Assembly (NCBI RefSeq): GCF_963921235.1
Contig: NC_086107.1
Location: 109,370,001 to 109,434,000, forward strand
Length of the DNA stretch: 64,000 nucleotides
DNA from: Mobula hypostoma
Taxonomy: Eukaryota
Direction of reading: 5' to 3'
A model generated the notes under the pieces. It was not told where the DNA came from. It did not search any database and saw only the letters and a list, made by a program, of their open reading frames with translations. Of this stretch, positions 63,136 to 64,000 are shown in pieces; positions within the stretch are counted from its first letter, which is position 1, and each line of letters opens with the position of its first letter. The position numbers and the translations under genes are program-made.

Positions 63136-64000
63136 ACATAGAAACATAGAAACATAGAAACATAGAAAATAGGTGCAGGAGTAGGCCATTCGGCCCTTCG
63201 AGCCTGCACCGCCATTTATTATGATCATGGCTGATCATCCAACTCAGAACCCAGCCTTCCCTCCATACCCCGTGACCCCTGTAGCCACAAGGGCCATATC
63301 TAACTTCCTTTTAAACATAGCTAATGAACTGGCCTCAACAGTTTGCTGTGGCAGAGAATTCCACAGATTCACCACTCTCTGTGTGAAGAAGTTTTTCCTA
63401 ACCTCGGTCCTAAAAGGCTTCCCCTCTATCCTCAAACTGTGACCCCTCGTTCTAGACCTCCCCAACATCGGGAACAATCTTCCCGCATCTAGCCTGTCCA
63501 ATCCCTTTAGGATCTTATACGTTTCAATCAGATCCCCCCTCAATCTTCTAAATTCCAACGAGTACAAGCCCAGTTCATCCAGTCTTTCTTCATATGAAAG
63601 ACCTGCCATCCCAGGAATCAATCTGGTGAACCTTCTTTGTACTCCCTCTATGGCAAGGATGTCTTTCCTCAGATTAGGGGACCAAAACTGCACACAATAC
63701 TCCAGGTGTGGTCTCACCAAGGCCTTGTACAACTGCAGTAGTACCTCCCTGCTCCTGTACTCGAATCCTCTCGCTATAAATGCCAGCATACCGTTCGCCT
63801 TTTTCACCGCCTGCTGTACCTGCATGCCCACTTTCAATGACTGGTGTATAATGACACCCAGGTCTCGTTGCACCTCCCCTTTTCCTAATCGGCCACCATT
63901 CAGATAATAATCTGTTTTCCTATTTTTGCCACCAAAGTGGATAACTTCACATTTATCCACATTAAATTGCATCTGCCATGAGTTTGCCCACTCACCCAAC
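63136..64000 (-). mobile_element. Young CR1-clade LINE 3' end nested in the older CR1
   Basis: Intact 251-codon ORF2 C-terminus (WQMQFNVDKC...RPHLEYCVQFWSP), 3' UTR and an octamer tail, (CATAGAAA)4 at 63137-63168 on +. Confidence 0.95.

Overview
Vertebrate genomic DNA, most likely a cartilaginous fish (inferred from the HE1/V-SINE-type, CR1, Rex1/Babar and Penelope repeat content). Two protein-coding genes lie on the + strand. The first is the 3' half of an SH3BP1-like RhoGAP gene, with four well-supported exons and two candidate extra 3' exons. The second is a complete six-exon PDAP1-family gene (152 aa) with a CCAAT/ETS promoter, a GC-AG second intron and a ~3 kb repeat-free 3' UTR. The rest is mostly transposable elements, and most ORFs in the ORF track are repeat-derived or chance. 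The best finds are: (1) minimal hammerhead ribozyme motifs in Penelope-like repeats, including a 96-bp hammerhead-only insert with a 13-bp target-site duplication (TSD); (2) a candidate HDV/CPEB3-like ribozyme in an RTE-related element; (3) a ~445-bp inversion reconstructable from swapped flanks; (4) a possible second PDAP1 paralogue next to SH3BP1; (5) a nested palindromic mariner MITE. All calls were made by eye with no database search.
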